Source: Eledone cirrhosa
Lineage: Eukaryota
NCBI GenBank assembly: GCA_964016885.1
Contig: OZ024741.1
Location: forward strand, 169,756,001 to 169,820,000
DNA: 64,000 bases
Direction of reading: 5' to 3'
The notes beneath the pieces are model-generated. The model made no database searches, was not told where the DNA came from, and was given only the letters and a program-made list of their open reading frames with translations. Of this stretch, positions 40,482 through 54,514 are shown piece after piece (position 1 is the stretch's first letter; every line of letters begins with the position of its first letter). The translations under genes were made by a program, and so were the position numbers.

Positions 40482-41636
40482 AAGGTATTTGACAATGACA
40501 ATGGACTGATGCTGGACAAGGAAAGGACAGGCTGTGATGATGGTACTGATGGTACTGGCCTTGTGGCTGATGACTGGGATATTGACAAGGTATTTGACAA
40601 TGACAATGGACTGATGCTGGAGAAGGAAAGGACAGGCATTGATGATGGTACTGATGGTACTGGCCTTGTGGCTGATGACTGGGATATTGACAAGGTATTT
40701 GACAATGACAATGGACTGATGCTGGACAAGGAAAGGACAGGCTGTGATGATGGTACTGATGGTACTGGCCTTGTGGCTGATGACTGGGATATTGACAAGG
40801 TATTTGACAATGACAATGGACTGATGCTGGAGAAGGAAAGGACAGGCTGTGATGATGGTACTGATGGTACTGGCCTTGTGGCTGATGACTGGGATATTGA
40901 CAAGGTATTTGACAATGACAATGGACTGATGCTGGACAAGGAAAGGACAGGCTGTGATGATGGTACTGGTGGTACTGGCCTTGTGGCTGATGACTGGGAT
41001 ATTGACAAGGTATTTGACAATGACAATGGACTGATGCTGGACAAGGAAAGGACAGGCTGTGATGATGGTACTGATGGTACTGGCCTTGTGGCTGATGACT
41101 GGGATATTGACAAGGTATTTGACAATGACAATGGACTGATGCTGGAGAAGGAAAGGACAGGCTGTGATGATGGTACTGATGGTACTGGCCTTGTGGCTGA
41201 TGACTGGGATATTGACAAGGTATTTGACAATGACAATGGACTGATGCTGGACAAGGAAAGGACAGGCTGTGATGATGGTACTGGTGGTACTGGCCTTGTG
41301 GCTGATGACTGGGATATTGACAAGGTATTTGACAATGACAATGGACTGATGCTGGAGAAGGAAAGGACAGGCTGTGATGATGGTACTGGTGGTACTGGCC
41401 TTGTGGCTGATGACTGGGATATTGACAAGGTATTTGACAATGACAATGGACTGATGCTGGAGAAGGAAAGGACAGGCTGTGATGATGGTACTGGTGGTAC
41501 TGGCCTTGTGGCTGATGACTGGGATATTGACAAGGTATTTGACAATGACAATGGACTGATGCTGGAGAAGGAAAGGACAGGCTGTGATGATGGTACTGAT
41601 GGTACTGGCCTTGTGGCTGATGACTGGGATATTGAT
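40482..41636. repeat. 105-bp minisatellite x11
   Basis: Unit AAGGTATTTGACAATGACAATGGACTGATGCTGGASAAGGAAAGG...GGGATATTGAC; few variant positions. Confidence 0.97.
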
Positions 41637-41655
41637 GATGACAATAGTGAAGATA

Positions 41656-41844
41656 ATTGTTTGTGCTTTTGGCACAAGGCCAGCAATTACCCCAGTGTAT
41701 TACTGGTACTTTATTTTATCCACCCCGTAAGGATGAAAGGCAAAGTTAACCTCGGCGGGATTTGAACTCAGAATGGCAAGGGCCGTAACTCTATGCGTCA
41801 AAGCATGGCATCCGACCCTCTACCGATACTGCCAATCCACCGCT
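41656..41844 (-). mobile_element. tRNA-derived SINE with TSD
   Basis: TSD AATAGTGAAGATAAT. Confidence 0.92.
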
Positions 41845-41889
41845 AATAGTGAAGATAATAGCGATAATAAGGGTTATGATGGAGATAAA

Positions 41890-42272
41890 AGACATGATGA
41901 TGATGGTGGTGATGATGGTGGTGATGATGATGATGATGGTGGTGATGATGGTGGTGATGATGATGGTGATGGTGATGGTGATGGTGAGGATGTTGATGGT
42001 GAGGATGTTGATGGTGATGATGTTGATGATGATGATGATGGTGGTGATGATGATGGTGAGGATGTTGATGGTGAGGATGTTGATGGTGAGGATGATGGTG
42101 GTGATGATGGTGATGATGTTGATGTTGATGATGATGATGATGATGGTGGTGATGATGATGGTGAGGATGTTGATGGTGATGATGTTGATGTTGATGATGA
42201 TGATGATGGCGGTGATGATGATTATGATGATGGCGGTGATGATGATGATGATGATGATGTTGATGATGATGT

Positions 42273-42311
<39 letters not shown>

Positions 42312-42715
42312 CGATGATGATGCTGGTGATGATGGTGGTGATCATGGTTATGTTGCTGCAGCCGCTGATGGTGATGATGATGATAATGATAAGGATGATG
42401 CTATTGATGATGATGATATTGATCATGATGATGTTGATGATGATGGATGATGATGGTGAGGAGGAGGATGACGATGGCGACAACGACGACGACGATGTTG
42501 CTGCTGCCACTGATGGTGATGATGATGATGACTATGATGACGATGATGGTGATGATGATAATGTTGCTGCTGCTGTTGCTGGTGGTGATAATTATGGTGA
42601 TGATGATGTTGATGATGATGATGATGATAATGCTGCTGCTGATGATGATGATGACGATGACGATGATGATGATGATAATGATGCTGATGATGATGGGGGT
42701 TATGGTGATGATGAC

Positions 42716-42754
<39 letters not shown>

Positions 42755-42945
42755 AATGATGCTGATGATGATTATGGTGAGGATGACGATGATGATGATG
42801 ATGATGATGATGCTGATGATGATGCTGATGATGATGATGATGATGACGATGATTATGGTGATTTTGACGACGATGATGGTGACGATGATAATGATGATGA
42901 TGACGACGACGACGACGACGACGACGACGATGATGATGATGATAA
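41890..42945. repeat. Degenerate (GAT)n array
   Basis: Poly-D/M readings in several frames. Confidence 0.92.
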
Positions 42946-43176
42946 GAAGGAAGAGATGATATGATCGTAGTTACAATGGCTCTGATGAGAATGCTGGTCA
43001 CTATCCAGTTTCTTATCAACATTATGATATAGAGTTGACACTTGACACTTGTTGCGCCATTGTGGATTTGACTACATTGCGTAAAATGATGAGAAAATGA
43101 GCACACATACACATGCATATATATATATATAAAAGAGAAAACACAGGTAAGCATTAAGAGAAGGATTTTATCCAGG

Positions 43177-43278
43177 TATTTACGACCGTTTCATTGGTAA
43201 GTGCAACCTTATATTGCTATACTGCAAATAGCAGCCACTCAATTATAATTGTTGTTCACAGTCCAAATTTTCAAAATA
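43177..43278 (-). ncRNA. Long-stem-II hammerhead, U3-A8 core
   Basis: Reverse complement of 45076-45177. Confidence 0.78.
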
Positions 43279-43848
43279 GTGAGTAAGTTACTCTTGAAAT
43301 AATTCTTAATATATAGAGAAAAACATTTATTTGGAATTGTATTTACTAGTATAGAAAGAGAGGAATCAGAAGGTGAGGGGACAAATGGAATAGTATAGAG
43401 AGAGCGGAAGGGGGAAGAGGTAGGAAGTAGAGTGACAAACTGAGATGGAGGGAGGGGTAGAGGTGGAAGGATTCCTTGATCAGTTTTGATATGTAGACTT
43501 CATGTCATGGAATGTAGTGAGTTAAGGAGAATTAAATTGATCATAGTGGGAGGGATGGATAGAGAGGAAGCGAGAGAGGGGGAGGGGTGATATAAAGAGA
43601 TAAATATATATAAAATAAAGATAAAGATAATAATGACAAAAATAAAAGCAAAGAAGGGGGTGAGAAAGAAGAAAAGAAAAGATAGCCAAAAAGGGGAGGG
43701 AAGGAAGGAAGAAAACGAAGAAATAGAAGAGGAAAGAGGAAGAAGAGGGGGATATATGTATTGGTTTTGTGGGTAATTAAAAGGGTTTAGATACAACAAG
43801 AGGGTATAAAGTCTAAGTATATGCAGTTTGTCAGTTGGTAGTAAGAGG

Positions 43849-44970
43849 TTAAGGGTTCGATTTGTAGTGCGAAAACTTCTCTTTGAGTCTATGGTTACAA
43901 TAAATTGATCTTTCGATTTTATTGTTGAGTAACTTATTCTTCGAACTTAAGATGTGGAACAGCTCAAGGTCGCATAATCGACAGCTTCTCATACCACTCC
44001 GATATGGGGCGCGTTCGATAATTTTTTCCCCTTCAGGGTGTATTGATGGTTACTTTCCCTCAGTTGTCAGGTCTTGTTTGCAAGGGTAGTTACATAACGG
44101 TGCTGGGAATGTTTCATTGCGTAACGGTGTGTATACCAACGGGCTTTAAATGTATTCCCAGTCGCTCCGATGTAATACCATTTCTGGTTGTCTGATTCCA
44201 CTGTGCATTGGTAAACCAGGTTAGACTGCATACATTCATTATGTAATGGACAGGTTTCAGGTAGGTGGCAGTTACAGTTCTTGTCATGGGCAACTTTGGC
44301 ATTATTGGTGGGCTGCGATGCCTGTACAAGTGTGTTACGTTTTGTTTGCCTATTAGCGAGTGGTTGTGTATTAGATATTCTGTTGTGTTCGGTGGTGATT
44401 GTATTGTTATTGTTGTAAATTTGTGTTTTGGTGTTGTTATGTATCTTTTTAGCGTTAAGCATCTTAATGTGTGCCTCTATATTTGGTGCCGTGGAGTAAG
44501 ATAGTCTAATAGATTTAGTGTTAAGGATTTTGCTGTATCTATGTGAATCTGGAAAGTGCTTATTTATTATTCTAAAGAAGGTAGAGGGTAGGTTAGTACT
44601 AATGGAGGTGTTAAATATGGGGTTATACCAAATATATTTTCTATTGCGTGAATTGTTTGATTTCGATGTTGTATTTCTATTTGCCGTATACTTTGCAGTT
44701 CTATGCGTTAGTGCGTGTGTGCCTGTGTTACCGGAGTTTGTGTTATGCGTGTTCGTGTGCGCTTCACGGAGGCTTTCATCTATATATTCTACTCTATCTA
44801 AGTGGCCTGCCTTGTCTAATGCGGTATTGTAGTATTCTGCATGTTCTTCGAAGATTTGTCGGTTAGACGAGAGGCGGGAGATCCTAAGGGATATGCTGCG
44901 TGGAATGGATTTAATTATGGATAGTGGGTGGTTTGAGTTACAGTTGATGTATGCTAAGTTTTCATTAATT
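43849..44970 (-). pseudogene. Naiad-like RT thumb + CxCx5C + GIY-YIG endonuclease
   Basis: YINCNSNHP..IIKSIP, WYNP, CNCHLPETCPLHNEC..NLVY...YYIGATGNTFKARWYTH; past a TGA and a frameshift it continues CRLCDLE...LLNNKIE...CNH. Confidence 0.9.
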
Positions 44971-45075
44971 TGTCCCCTCACCTTCTGATTCCTCTCTCTC
45001 TATACTAGTAAATACAATTCCAAATAAATGTTTTTCTCTATATATTAAGAATTATTTCAAGAGTAACTTACTCAC

Positions 45076-45177
45076 TATTTTGAAAATTTGGACTGTGAAC
45101 AACAATTATAATTGAGTGGCTGCTATTTGCAGTATAGCAATATAAGGTTGCACTTACCAATGAAACGGTCGTAAATA
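45076..45177 (+). ncRNA. Long-stem-II hammerhead, U3-A8 core
   Basis: TATT TTGAAAA T TTGG...CCAA T GAAAC GGTC GTA AATA. Confidence 0.78.
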
Positions 45178-45459
45178 CCTGGATAAAATCCTTCTCTTAA
45201 TGCTTACCTGTGTTTTCTCTTTTATACTTTATACTACAACATGGCACAGACCGAATTTTTACAAACTTGTGGAGTTACCCCTAACCGGTCGTTGAAACCA
45301 TCCATGAAACTGGCTTTCTTAACCAAGAACTGAATCACAATAAGCAATTTTTTGCTTCTTTAACTATATATTAAGGAACGATCGACTTTCGTCAAACCGG
45401 ACCGAGGAAAAAATGTTTCCGTTGGTCTTTCCAATTGCTAATACTATCTATCGGTCGCA

Positions 45460-45861
<402 letters not shown>

Positions 45862-46361
45862 GAGAAAATTGAGGTTGGTAATGGCACATGGAATATATAA
45901 GAGACAGAATACTTTTTTGTGAAAAAACATAATTTTATAAGGTAAGGAAATAATAAAGGGTATAAAAAATGACCGGTTTCGATGGGTCTGCAAAAGCCAT
46001 CTTTTCAAATGTTGATTAATATTAAGAAAAATTAATAATACGAAGAGTTAAAATTTGAGACTTGAAAATTCAAGTATAAAATTCATTGTGGGATTTCATA
46101 GCAGTTTTCATCTTGGTAGCAACAACAGGTTGACTGCTGTGTCCCTTTCTGGTAGTGAATGAGAAGTTATTTGGGGTGTGGGTTATTTTATAAAGGTCAG
46201 ATTTAGCAATCGCCAGCTGCTGGTCAGTGAGGGGGTGGAAGCAATATACATACACATATCTTCCTGTGATGGGTAGGAGAGTGGAGCGTGATAGAAAGGG
46301 ATTTAGTGCACTTACACCTATATATACACACATACCTTCATCCACACATACATACATATAC

Positions 46362-46398
<37 letters not shown>

Positions 46399-46523
46399 CA
46401 CACATACATACACACACACATACATATACATACACACATACACACACACACATATATATATATACACATACACACACACACACATATATATACATACACA
46501 TACATCCAGATACACACATACAT

Positions 46524-46605
<82 letters not shown>

Positions 46606-47185
46606 CCACACATACATACACACACACACACATATATATATACATACAAACATACACACACACATATATATACACACACATACACACACATATATATACA
46701 CACACACACACACACGCATATATATATATATATATACACATACGCATACATCCAGATGCCCACATACATACACACACACGCACACACAATACATACATCC
46801 ACATGCACACACATACACACACACACACATATACACATACATACACCCACACACAGAGAAATGGCCTTCAAATATATATATATATACATACAGACACATA
46901 TATTTTTTCCATAATATAAGAAGTTGGGGCAGTGAAATTAAAATACAAGTCATTCTGATCACATTGAGTTCTTCATGTAGATTGGGCCCCGCAACCGACA
47001 GTGGTGAATTCTGTGTGCGCATATATATATAGATATATGTGTGTGCACGTGCAGGGTTTAACATGGATGTGTTGGTCACACAAAGGCATGGCCTGTCAAT
47101 GAATAAACCTGATTCTACAGAATTGGTCTCTGGTCTTTAATAGTAGTGATTCCGTGCGTATGTGTGTTTATATTTTATGACAATT

Positions 47186-49482
47186 CTATTGGGGTGATAA
47201 CCCGTTTAGTTTTGGTTTAAATTTGTTAAGGAATAGATTTTCTTTGTTTATTCTTTGTTGCTGTGTGAACGAATCTGAGCACTTGTAGAAGGGGAAGATT
47301 TTAAAGTTGGGTAGTGTCATTCCTGCGCAGTTCGCAATATGGCTGCTCAAGGGGATTTTTCTTGTGTTAGCGTCCCGGATTTGTTGGCGGTGGATGGTCA
47401 TTCTTTTGCGTAATGAGGTGCCCGTCTGTCCTATGTAGTTGTGTTTGCACCCACCGCAAGTTATTGCGTAAATCAAGTTCTCCGAGTTGCAGGTGAAATT
47501 GTTTTTTACTGTAAATGTTTGGCCATCTTTGAATGTAAATGTTTGTCCTTCAGTGAGGTAGAGGCACGTTCCACAGTTTGTTCTACCACATTTGGTAACT
47601 GTAGGGTTGAGGATTGGTTTGGGTATATTTGGTCCAGTGAGAATGCGTTTAAGTGATTTTGGGTTGTCTTTTACTTTTTAAGGATCTTGTGTGTTTCAAG
47701 AATAGACTTCATTTTTACATCTTTAAGTAGGATGGGGATGGTTTTTGTGTAAGGTGATCAAACATTTCGGTATTTCTGGAGTTGAAAGTGGATACATATG
47801 GCAGGGTGTTGAGTGTGGTTTTCTGTTTTGGATTGTTAAGTTGATGGGGATTTAGGTGTTTTGCCCTGTCTATTCCATTGTTGATTATTTCAAGTGGAAA
47901 GGCTCTTAAGATAAGGGTGTCCTTTTAGTTCCTTTAGTCTTTGCTCCCGTTTAGGTGGATCTGATACTATGGTACATATACGTTTGGCCAAATTGTAAGG
48001 AATGTTAAGTTTTGTATGTTTTGGGTGACTTGATGTGAAAAAGAGGTATTGCTTGGAATCTGTGGGTTTATAGAATATATCTGTATCTAATTTCCCGTCT
48101 ATTACAGAGATGAGAATATCCAAGAAGGCTAATTCCTTAGGATTGTATTCCATTGTGAATTGTATGTTATTATCTATGTTGTTTATCATGTTTTTAAACG
48201 TAGTAAGTGAGTTCATGTCTTCTTGCCATAGGATAAAGCAGTCGTCTAGATATCTTTTCCAATTGGCTTTGAGGTGTGTGTGGAAAGGAGTCTCCAAATA
48301 AGAGAAGGGACTGACTGTATATTTGTTGTTCATGGAATCCCATGACTAGGTTGGCATATGTGGGTGCTACTTTCGTGCCCATTGCCGTACCTGATACTTG
48401 TCTGTATGTTGAACCATTGAATGTGAAGTAGTTATTTTGTAGGATAAAGCGGAGTCCGTCAGTGATAAAATCTGTGTTGATGCGTGTCGGTATTTCTGAT
48501 GGGTGTGTGTTAAGCCAGTATTGGACTGCTGTTATTCCATAGTTGTGAGGTATGTTTGTGTAGAGGTTTATTACGTCAAAGGAGACAAGAATTGTATTTG
48601 CACTTATTGTTTTAGGGAGGTGTTTCAGCATGTCAAGGTCATCTCGTATGTAGCTCTGTATATGTTGTAGAAAGGGTTTCAGTAGGATGTCCAGAAAGTT
48701 GCTAAGTCTGTGGGTTTCACATGTAGGGCCTGCTATAATTGGCCTGAGTTTTAGGTCTTCTGGTGGTGTTAGTTCAATGTAATTGTTGGTTGAGGTGTCA
48801 CATGCATCGTTTATGGTTTACATTTGTGAAGTTTCGGTAACCCGTAAAAAGAGCTTGTATTGCATTTGAAGTGGCTTATATAGTTAAACTCTTTTGTGGT
48901 TAAGCTGTTGTATTTATTCAGTAAGGTCAAAAGGTTCCCCATTGTTTTGGTGTGTTTGTAGTTTTCTGTTTTTTCATAGTATGTGTTGTTTTCTAAAATG
49001 TTAAGTGCGAGGGTCCTATAGTAGTCCGTATTCATAATGACAACAGAACTGCCTTTATCGGCTTCTTTGATAGTTATCTCAGGGTTGTTTCTAAGTGTGA
49101 ATAATTCTTCCCATTCGTGTGTAGATAGGTTTGATTTCGTGTGTTTATTTGTAATTTTTTCATAGGGAAAGTTGGTGATGTGTTCGCAGTACGTGTCCAG
49201 TGCTTTATTTCTTCCCTTTTGTGGACAGAAATTGCTTTTATTTCTAACCAGTGATTCGTCTTCAGTGTTGGTGTCGTTGTGGAAGAATTCCGTTAGTCGC
49301 AGCTTTCGGCAGTATTCCATGATGTCATCCTTCATTTCGGGGAAGTTTGGTTTACGTGGTGTAGGTGTAAATTTCAGGCCCTTACTTAAAATGTTGATTT
49401 GTGTGTTGGTTAGAGGTGTCTTTGAGAGGTTGATTATTTTTGGTTTCTCCTGAGGGGGGGGGCCATCGAGTATCCTGGTATT
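47186..49482 (-). pseudogene. PLE RT + GIY-YIG, broken by several 1-nt indels
   Basis: ORF pieces 48811-49335, 48194-48631, 47890-48333 and 47186-47476 are nearly identical to copy 1. Confidence 0.93.
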
Positions 49483-50647
49483 TCAGGCTTTTCCCTAAAA
49501 AAGGAATGTAGTTTTGTGTGTGATTATATTTTGTTGGTCTGTTGCGTGTGGGTCTGTAGCTTGTTGTTTCATGAGGGTGAATGTGATGGTGGGGGTGGTA
49601 TGTGTTGTGGTTGTTGATGAGCAAGGGTTCTGTTGTTGGTTCATGTGGTCTGCGTGCGTTATTTCTGTGGTACAGAGTGTTGAGGCTGGGGGGTTGTCTT
49701 TTGTTGGATTGAGGGTGATGTCTGGTGTGGTTGTGGGTAAGTTCTGTTGTGATTTCAAGTGGTCTGGGTGGATTTCTTCTGAGGAATGTGGTGTGTGTGT
49801 TGTGAGTTGGATCTATGTTATTTCGTCGTTGGTTTATGTAGGGGGCATTTCTACGGAAACCTGTGTTGTGGTGGTTGGGTGTGTTTCTTTTGGTGTAGTT
49901 GGCCGTATTTGGTTTGTGTTGGTGGGGGATGTGCCTGTGGTTAGTGTGTGTTGGGTTTGGTGGTGTAAATGTGTCTGTTGTAGTTCTTGTTATGTTCAAA
50001 TGCTTTATAAAGGGGTTACCTGTTTGGTGCGTCCTTTTAAAGTCTTCTTCATATTTGAGGAACCAGTTTTCGGATTTTTCCCACCGTTTAAGGGAAATAG
50101 TTTCTGCATTCTCGCAGCCCTGTTTCCACGATTTGATTAAATTTTGTAGGGTTGTTCCCTCGGCCTTTTTAGTGCATTCTTCCTCCATATTTTTATCAGT
50201 ATCCTTATACTCTTGCTCGTTTGAGGTGGCCCTTAATTTTAGGAGTTCTATTTCCATGTTTATCCTGTTGAGTGACATTTGTTCACGGAGTTTTCTTTCT
50301 GGTTCAGGTTCGTTTGTAATATGCTTTATTTGGAATTTACGTGGTAAAACTATCGGTGTTGAGTTAATCCATTTTTGGTAAATTCCAGCTTTGTTGAGGT
50401 TTTTTATCATATTCCAGAAAGTGAATTTTCTGGTTTTTAGATGTTTTTTCCAGAGGTGTCCCATTTGGTTTTTGATATGGAGCAATGTCGTTTGTTCTGT
50501 GTTGGTATTCATAAGTTTTTCGATGGAGTTGCATACGTTTTGAACGTTTAAATAAATTTGGTTGTCAGTCGGTGTGGTGGTTTGGGGTATATCCTGTTTT
50601 TTTGTCAGAATGGTGAGTTTTCCATTTATCTCTTTTAGGATTTTCAT
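49382..50647 (-). CDS. Upstream ORF1 of the Neptune-like PLE (421 aa; N-terminus may be truncated at the inversion junction)
   Basis: Uninterrupted non-repetitive ORF; K/E-rich, probably helical N-half; low-complexity C-half; overlaps the RT frame. Confidence 0.75.
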   Translation of the reverse strand: MKILKEINGKLTILTKKQDIPQTTTPTDNQIYLNVQNVCNSIEKLMNTNTEQTTLLHIKNQMGHLWKKHLKTRKFTFWNMIKNLNKAGIYQKWINSTPIVLPRKFQIKHITNEPEPERKLREQMSLNRINMEIELLKLRATSNEQEYKDTDKNMEEECTKKAEGTTLQNLIKSWKQGCENAETISLKRWEKSENWFLKYEEDFKRTHQTGNPFIKHLNITRTTTDTFTPPNPTHTNHRHIPHQHKPNTANYTKRNTPNHHNTGFRRNAPYINQRRNNIDPTHNTHTTFLRRNPPRPLEITTELTHNHTRHHPQSNKRQPPSLNTLYHRNNARRPHEPTTEPLLINNHNTYHPHHHIHPHETTSYRPTRNRPTKYNHTQNYIPFLGKSLKYQDTRWPPPSGETKNNQPLKDTSNQHTNQHFK

Positions 50648-50756
50648 GTGTATATATATATATGTGTGTGTATATATATATATGTATGTGTATATATATA
50701 TATGTGTGTGTGTGTATGTGTGTATGTATATGTATGTGTGTGTGTATGTATGTGTG

Positions 50757-50793
<37 letters not shown>

Positions 50794-51324
50794 GTATATG
50801 TATGTATGTGTGGATGAAGGTATGTGTGTATATATAGGTGTAAGTGCACTAAATCCCTTTCTATCACGCTCCACTCTCCTACCCATCACAGGAAGATATG
50901 TGTATGTATATTGCTTCCACCCCCTCACTGACCAGCAGCTGGCGATTGCTAAATCTGACCTTTATAAAATAACCCACACCCCAAATAACTTCTCATTCAC
51001 TACCAGAAAGGGACACAGCAGTCAACCTGTTGTTGCTACCAAGATGAAAACTGCTATGAAATCCCACAATGAATTTTATACTTGAATTTTCAAGTCTCAA
51101 ATTTTAACTCTTCGTATTATTAATTTTTCTTAATATTAATCAACATTTGAAAAGATGGCTTTTGCAGACCCATCGAAACCGGTCATTTTTTATACCCTTT
51201 ATTATTTCCTTACCTTATAAAATTATGTTTTTTCACAAAAAAGTATTCTGTCTCTTATATATTCCATGTGCCATTACCAACCTCAATTTTCTCTATAACC
51301 TTCGCTTTGTGTAGAAAATTTCAC

Positions 51325-51349
<25 letters not shown>

Positions 51350-51359
<10 letters not shown>

Positions 51360-52046
51360 TGTATAGAAGGAGGACTAGTACTGTTTCATTCAGATGAAAC
51401 CTTCAGGAAGCTGGGTGTCATATTAAGTTCTGGTATTTATACATTTAGGTAGTGGTAAGGGAGGGGTGATGGATGGTGGGGGGGGGGGGGTATTTTTGGG
51501 GTAGGATGATATTTAGATACACAGGACTACAACATGGTACAGACCGTTTTTCTTTGGGGAGTGGTCAATTAGCCAGAGTTCTTTTGTAATATAAAAGGAA
51601 AAGAAAAAGAAAAAATAAATAAATAAGTAAATAAATGAATAAATAGATAAATAAATAAATAAATAAAAATAAATAAAAACCCCAAGAATAGTAATTCAAC
51701 AGATATATTAGTAGGGAAATTTTTTTAGGTGGGTTGGTATTAGAAGATAAACAAGACCGAATCATGGCACAGACCATTGTTCTGAGGTGAGTGGTCAAGT
51801 TAACATACAAGCTACAGGTGGCCAGAGTGTTTTTGTAGAATGGAAAGAATATATATTATATATTTACATACTCACAACCACATACATAAACACGTACACA
51901 CATATATATATATGTATATCTATACATATATATATATATCTATACATATATATATATATACACACAAAAAAGCACATACACACAAATATACACACACACG
52001 CATACACATACACACACATATATATGCATACACACATATACATATC

Positions 52047-52094
<48 letters not shown>

Positions 52095-52280
52095 CATATA
52101 CATGTATGTATGTCTCTCATATATACCAGAACTTAATATGACACCCAGCTTCCTGAAGATTTCATCTGAATGAAGCAGTAGTCCTGTAGAAGCTCCTTTT
52201 ATACAATAAATATATTTTACTCTGCCATGTATTGAGTACCTTACTTACTGTGGTTATCCCCGACTCAACCCGGGACCTAC

Positions 52281-52282
<2 letters not shown>
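51350..52282. mobile_element. Inverted PLE-terminus-like fragments with degenerate HHRs
   Basis: 51352-51437 is inverted at 52122-52212 (CTGAAG(A/G) T TTCA tc TGAA T GAA(A/G)C); tail related to 8293-8350. Confidence 0.55.
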
Positions 52283-52332
<50 letters not shown>

Positions 52333-52338
<6 letters not shown>

Positions 52339-53370
52339 TGAAACAAAATGAAAACGAAATTTCATTTCTCACTCTTAGTATGGCACTTACTTAAATGTAA
52401 GTATGCATGTATACGTACATACATATATGTATACAGACGTACAGTAGCATGCACATATATGCATGCACATATATATATATATATATACATATATATATAC
52501 ATATGCATACAGGTACACATACATATATGCACGTATCAGTTTAGCGGCGCTAACGTCGCTTTGTTCGTTTGTAAACAAACTGAACAGCCTGAATTTATGC
52601 CATACGGTGTTAAGGCAACCACGTCACCTTTTTGTTCAACACTGACACAGGAACGATGTACTAGTTTCAAGCTTGTTAGCTATCATCAGCACCGTTTACC
52701 CATCTGCCAGATAGTTGAACGTTCGAAAGTATATACTTTCCTTATGAAAATTAACGGCTGAGCAGCCGCTAAACTGATACGTGCATATATGTATGTGTAC
52801 CTGTATGCATATGTATGTATATATGTATATATATATATGTGCATGCTACTGTACGTCTGTATACATATATGTATGTACGTATACATGCATACTTACATTT
52901 AAGTAAGTGCCATACTAAGAGTGAGAAATGAAATTTCGTTTTCATTTTGTTTCAATTTATCGTTTTCGGTATGCCTGACCGATTTAACTCACTCAATATG
53001 CAAATTAGGCTGCTCAGCCGTTAATTTTCATATGGAAAGTATATACTTTCGAACGTTCAACTATCTGGCAGATGGGTAAACAGTGCTGATGATAGCTAAC
53101 AAGCTTGAAACTAGTACATCGTTCCTGTGTCAGTGTTGAACAAAAAAGTGACGTGGTTGCCTTAACACCGTATGGCATAAATTCAGGCTGTTCAGTTTGT
53201 TTACAAACGAACAAAGCGACGTTATAATAAGCGCCGCTAAACTGATACGTGCATATATGTATGTGTACCTGTATGCATATGTATGTATATATGTATATAT
53301 ATATATATATATATGTGCATGCTACTGTACGTCTGTATACATATATGTATGTACGTATACATGCATACTT

Positions 53371-53375
<5 letters not shown>
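52333..53375. mobile_element. Three-armed fold-back cassette with HHRs (52652-52696 -, 53079-53123 +)
   Basis: AACGGTG CTGATGA T AGC taacaa GCT T GAAAC TA GTA CATCGTT; arms 52333-52766, 52765-52960, 53008-53372. Confidence 0.87.
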
Positions 53376-53434
<59 letters not shown>

Positions 53435-53567
53435 AGTATATATATATATATGTAAGTATATATATATATGTAAGTATATATATATATATATGTGTAAGTA
53501 TATATCTATATATATATATATGTGTAAGTATATATATATATATGTGTAAGTATATATATATGTGTAA

Positions 53568-53618
<51 letters not shown>

Positions 53619-53641
53619 AGTATATATATATATATATGTAA

Positions 53642-53694
<53 letters not shown>

Positions 53695-53743
53695 TATATA
53701 TATATATATATATGTGTAAGTATATATATATATATATATGTAA

Positions 53744-53792
<49 letters not shown>

Positions 53793-53819
53793 AGTATATA
53801 TATATATATATATATATAT

Positions 53820-54005
53820 ATAACGAAGGAAATGTGGTAAGGAACCAGGTGGACCATAACGCACCAAAGTACTCAATACTTGAGGTAGTAGAGTGGGTAA
53901 TAGGAACCAGTAAGACCCCGACAGCTGAGCTCAAGCCGTTTCGACGGCTAATCCAGAATTAGCCGTCGAAACGGCTTGAGCTCAGCTGTCGGGGTCTTAC
54001 TGCTT

Positions 54006-54042
<37 letters not shown>

Positions 54043-54061
54043 AAGTATATGTATATGTATG

Positions 54062-54104
<43 letters not shown>

Positions 54105-54105
54105 G

Positions 54106-54140
<35 letters not shown>

Positions 54141-54167
54141 GTATATGTATATATATATATGTATAAG

Positions 54168-54214
<47 letters not shown>

Positions 54215-54443
54215 GTATATATATATAAGTATATATATATATATGTATACATATATACATATATATGTGTAAGTATATATATGTATATGTATATATATGT
54301 ATATATATATATATATATGTGTATATATAAGTATATATATATATATGTATACATATATACATATATATGTGTAAGTATATATATGTATATATATGTATAT
54401 GTATATATATATATGTATATGTATATATATATATATGTATATG

Positions 54444-54514
<71 letters not shown>

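Larger units (their letters stand above)
43130..45260 (-). mobile_element. 5'-truncated Naiad-like PLE with inverted terminal repeat
   Basis: 43132-43385 is inverted at 44971-45224; the 3' end abuts (TA)n; HHR in both repeats. Confidence 0.9.
45862..51328 (-). mobile_element. Neptune-like PLE copy 2 with inverted upstream terminal repeat
   Basis: 45862-46480 is inverted at 50648-51295; HHRs at 45966-46013 (-) and 51142-51189 (+); both ends in (TA)n. Confidence 0.93.

Noticed and set aside
40482-41636. CRISPR-like array
   Set aside because: No unique spacers; eukaryotic context; no cas genes
41773-43154. Poly-Asp/Met ORFs resembling acidic biomineralisation proteins
   Set aside because: (GAT)n repeat; the start lies in a SINE and the frame slips near 42446
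44067-44069. In-frame TGA as possible selenocysteine (reported for some Naiad PLEs)
   Set aside because: It aligns to the Trp of ANKIWQL, not a Cys; the conserved Cys codons are TGY and a frameshift follows, so this is ordinary decay
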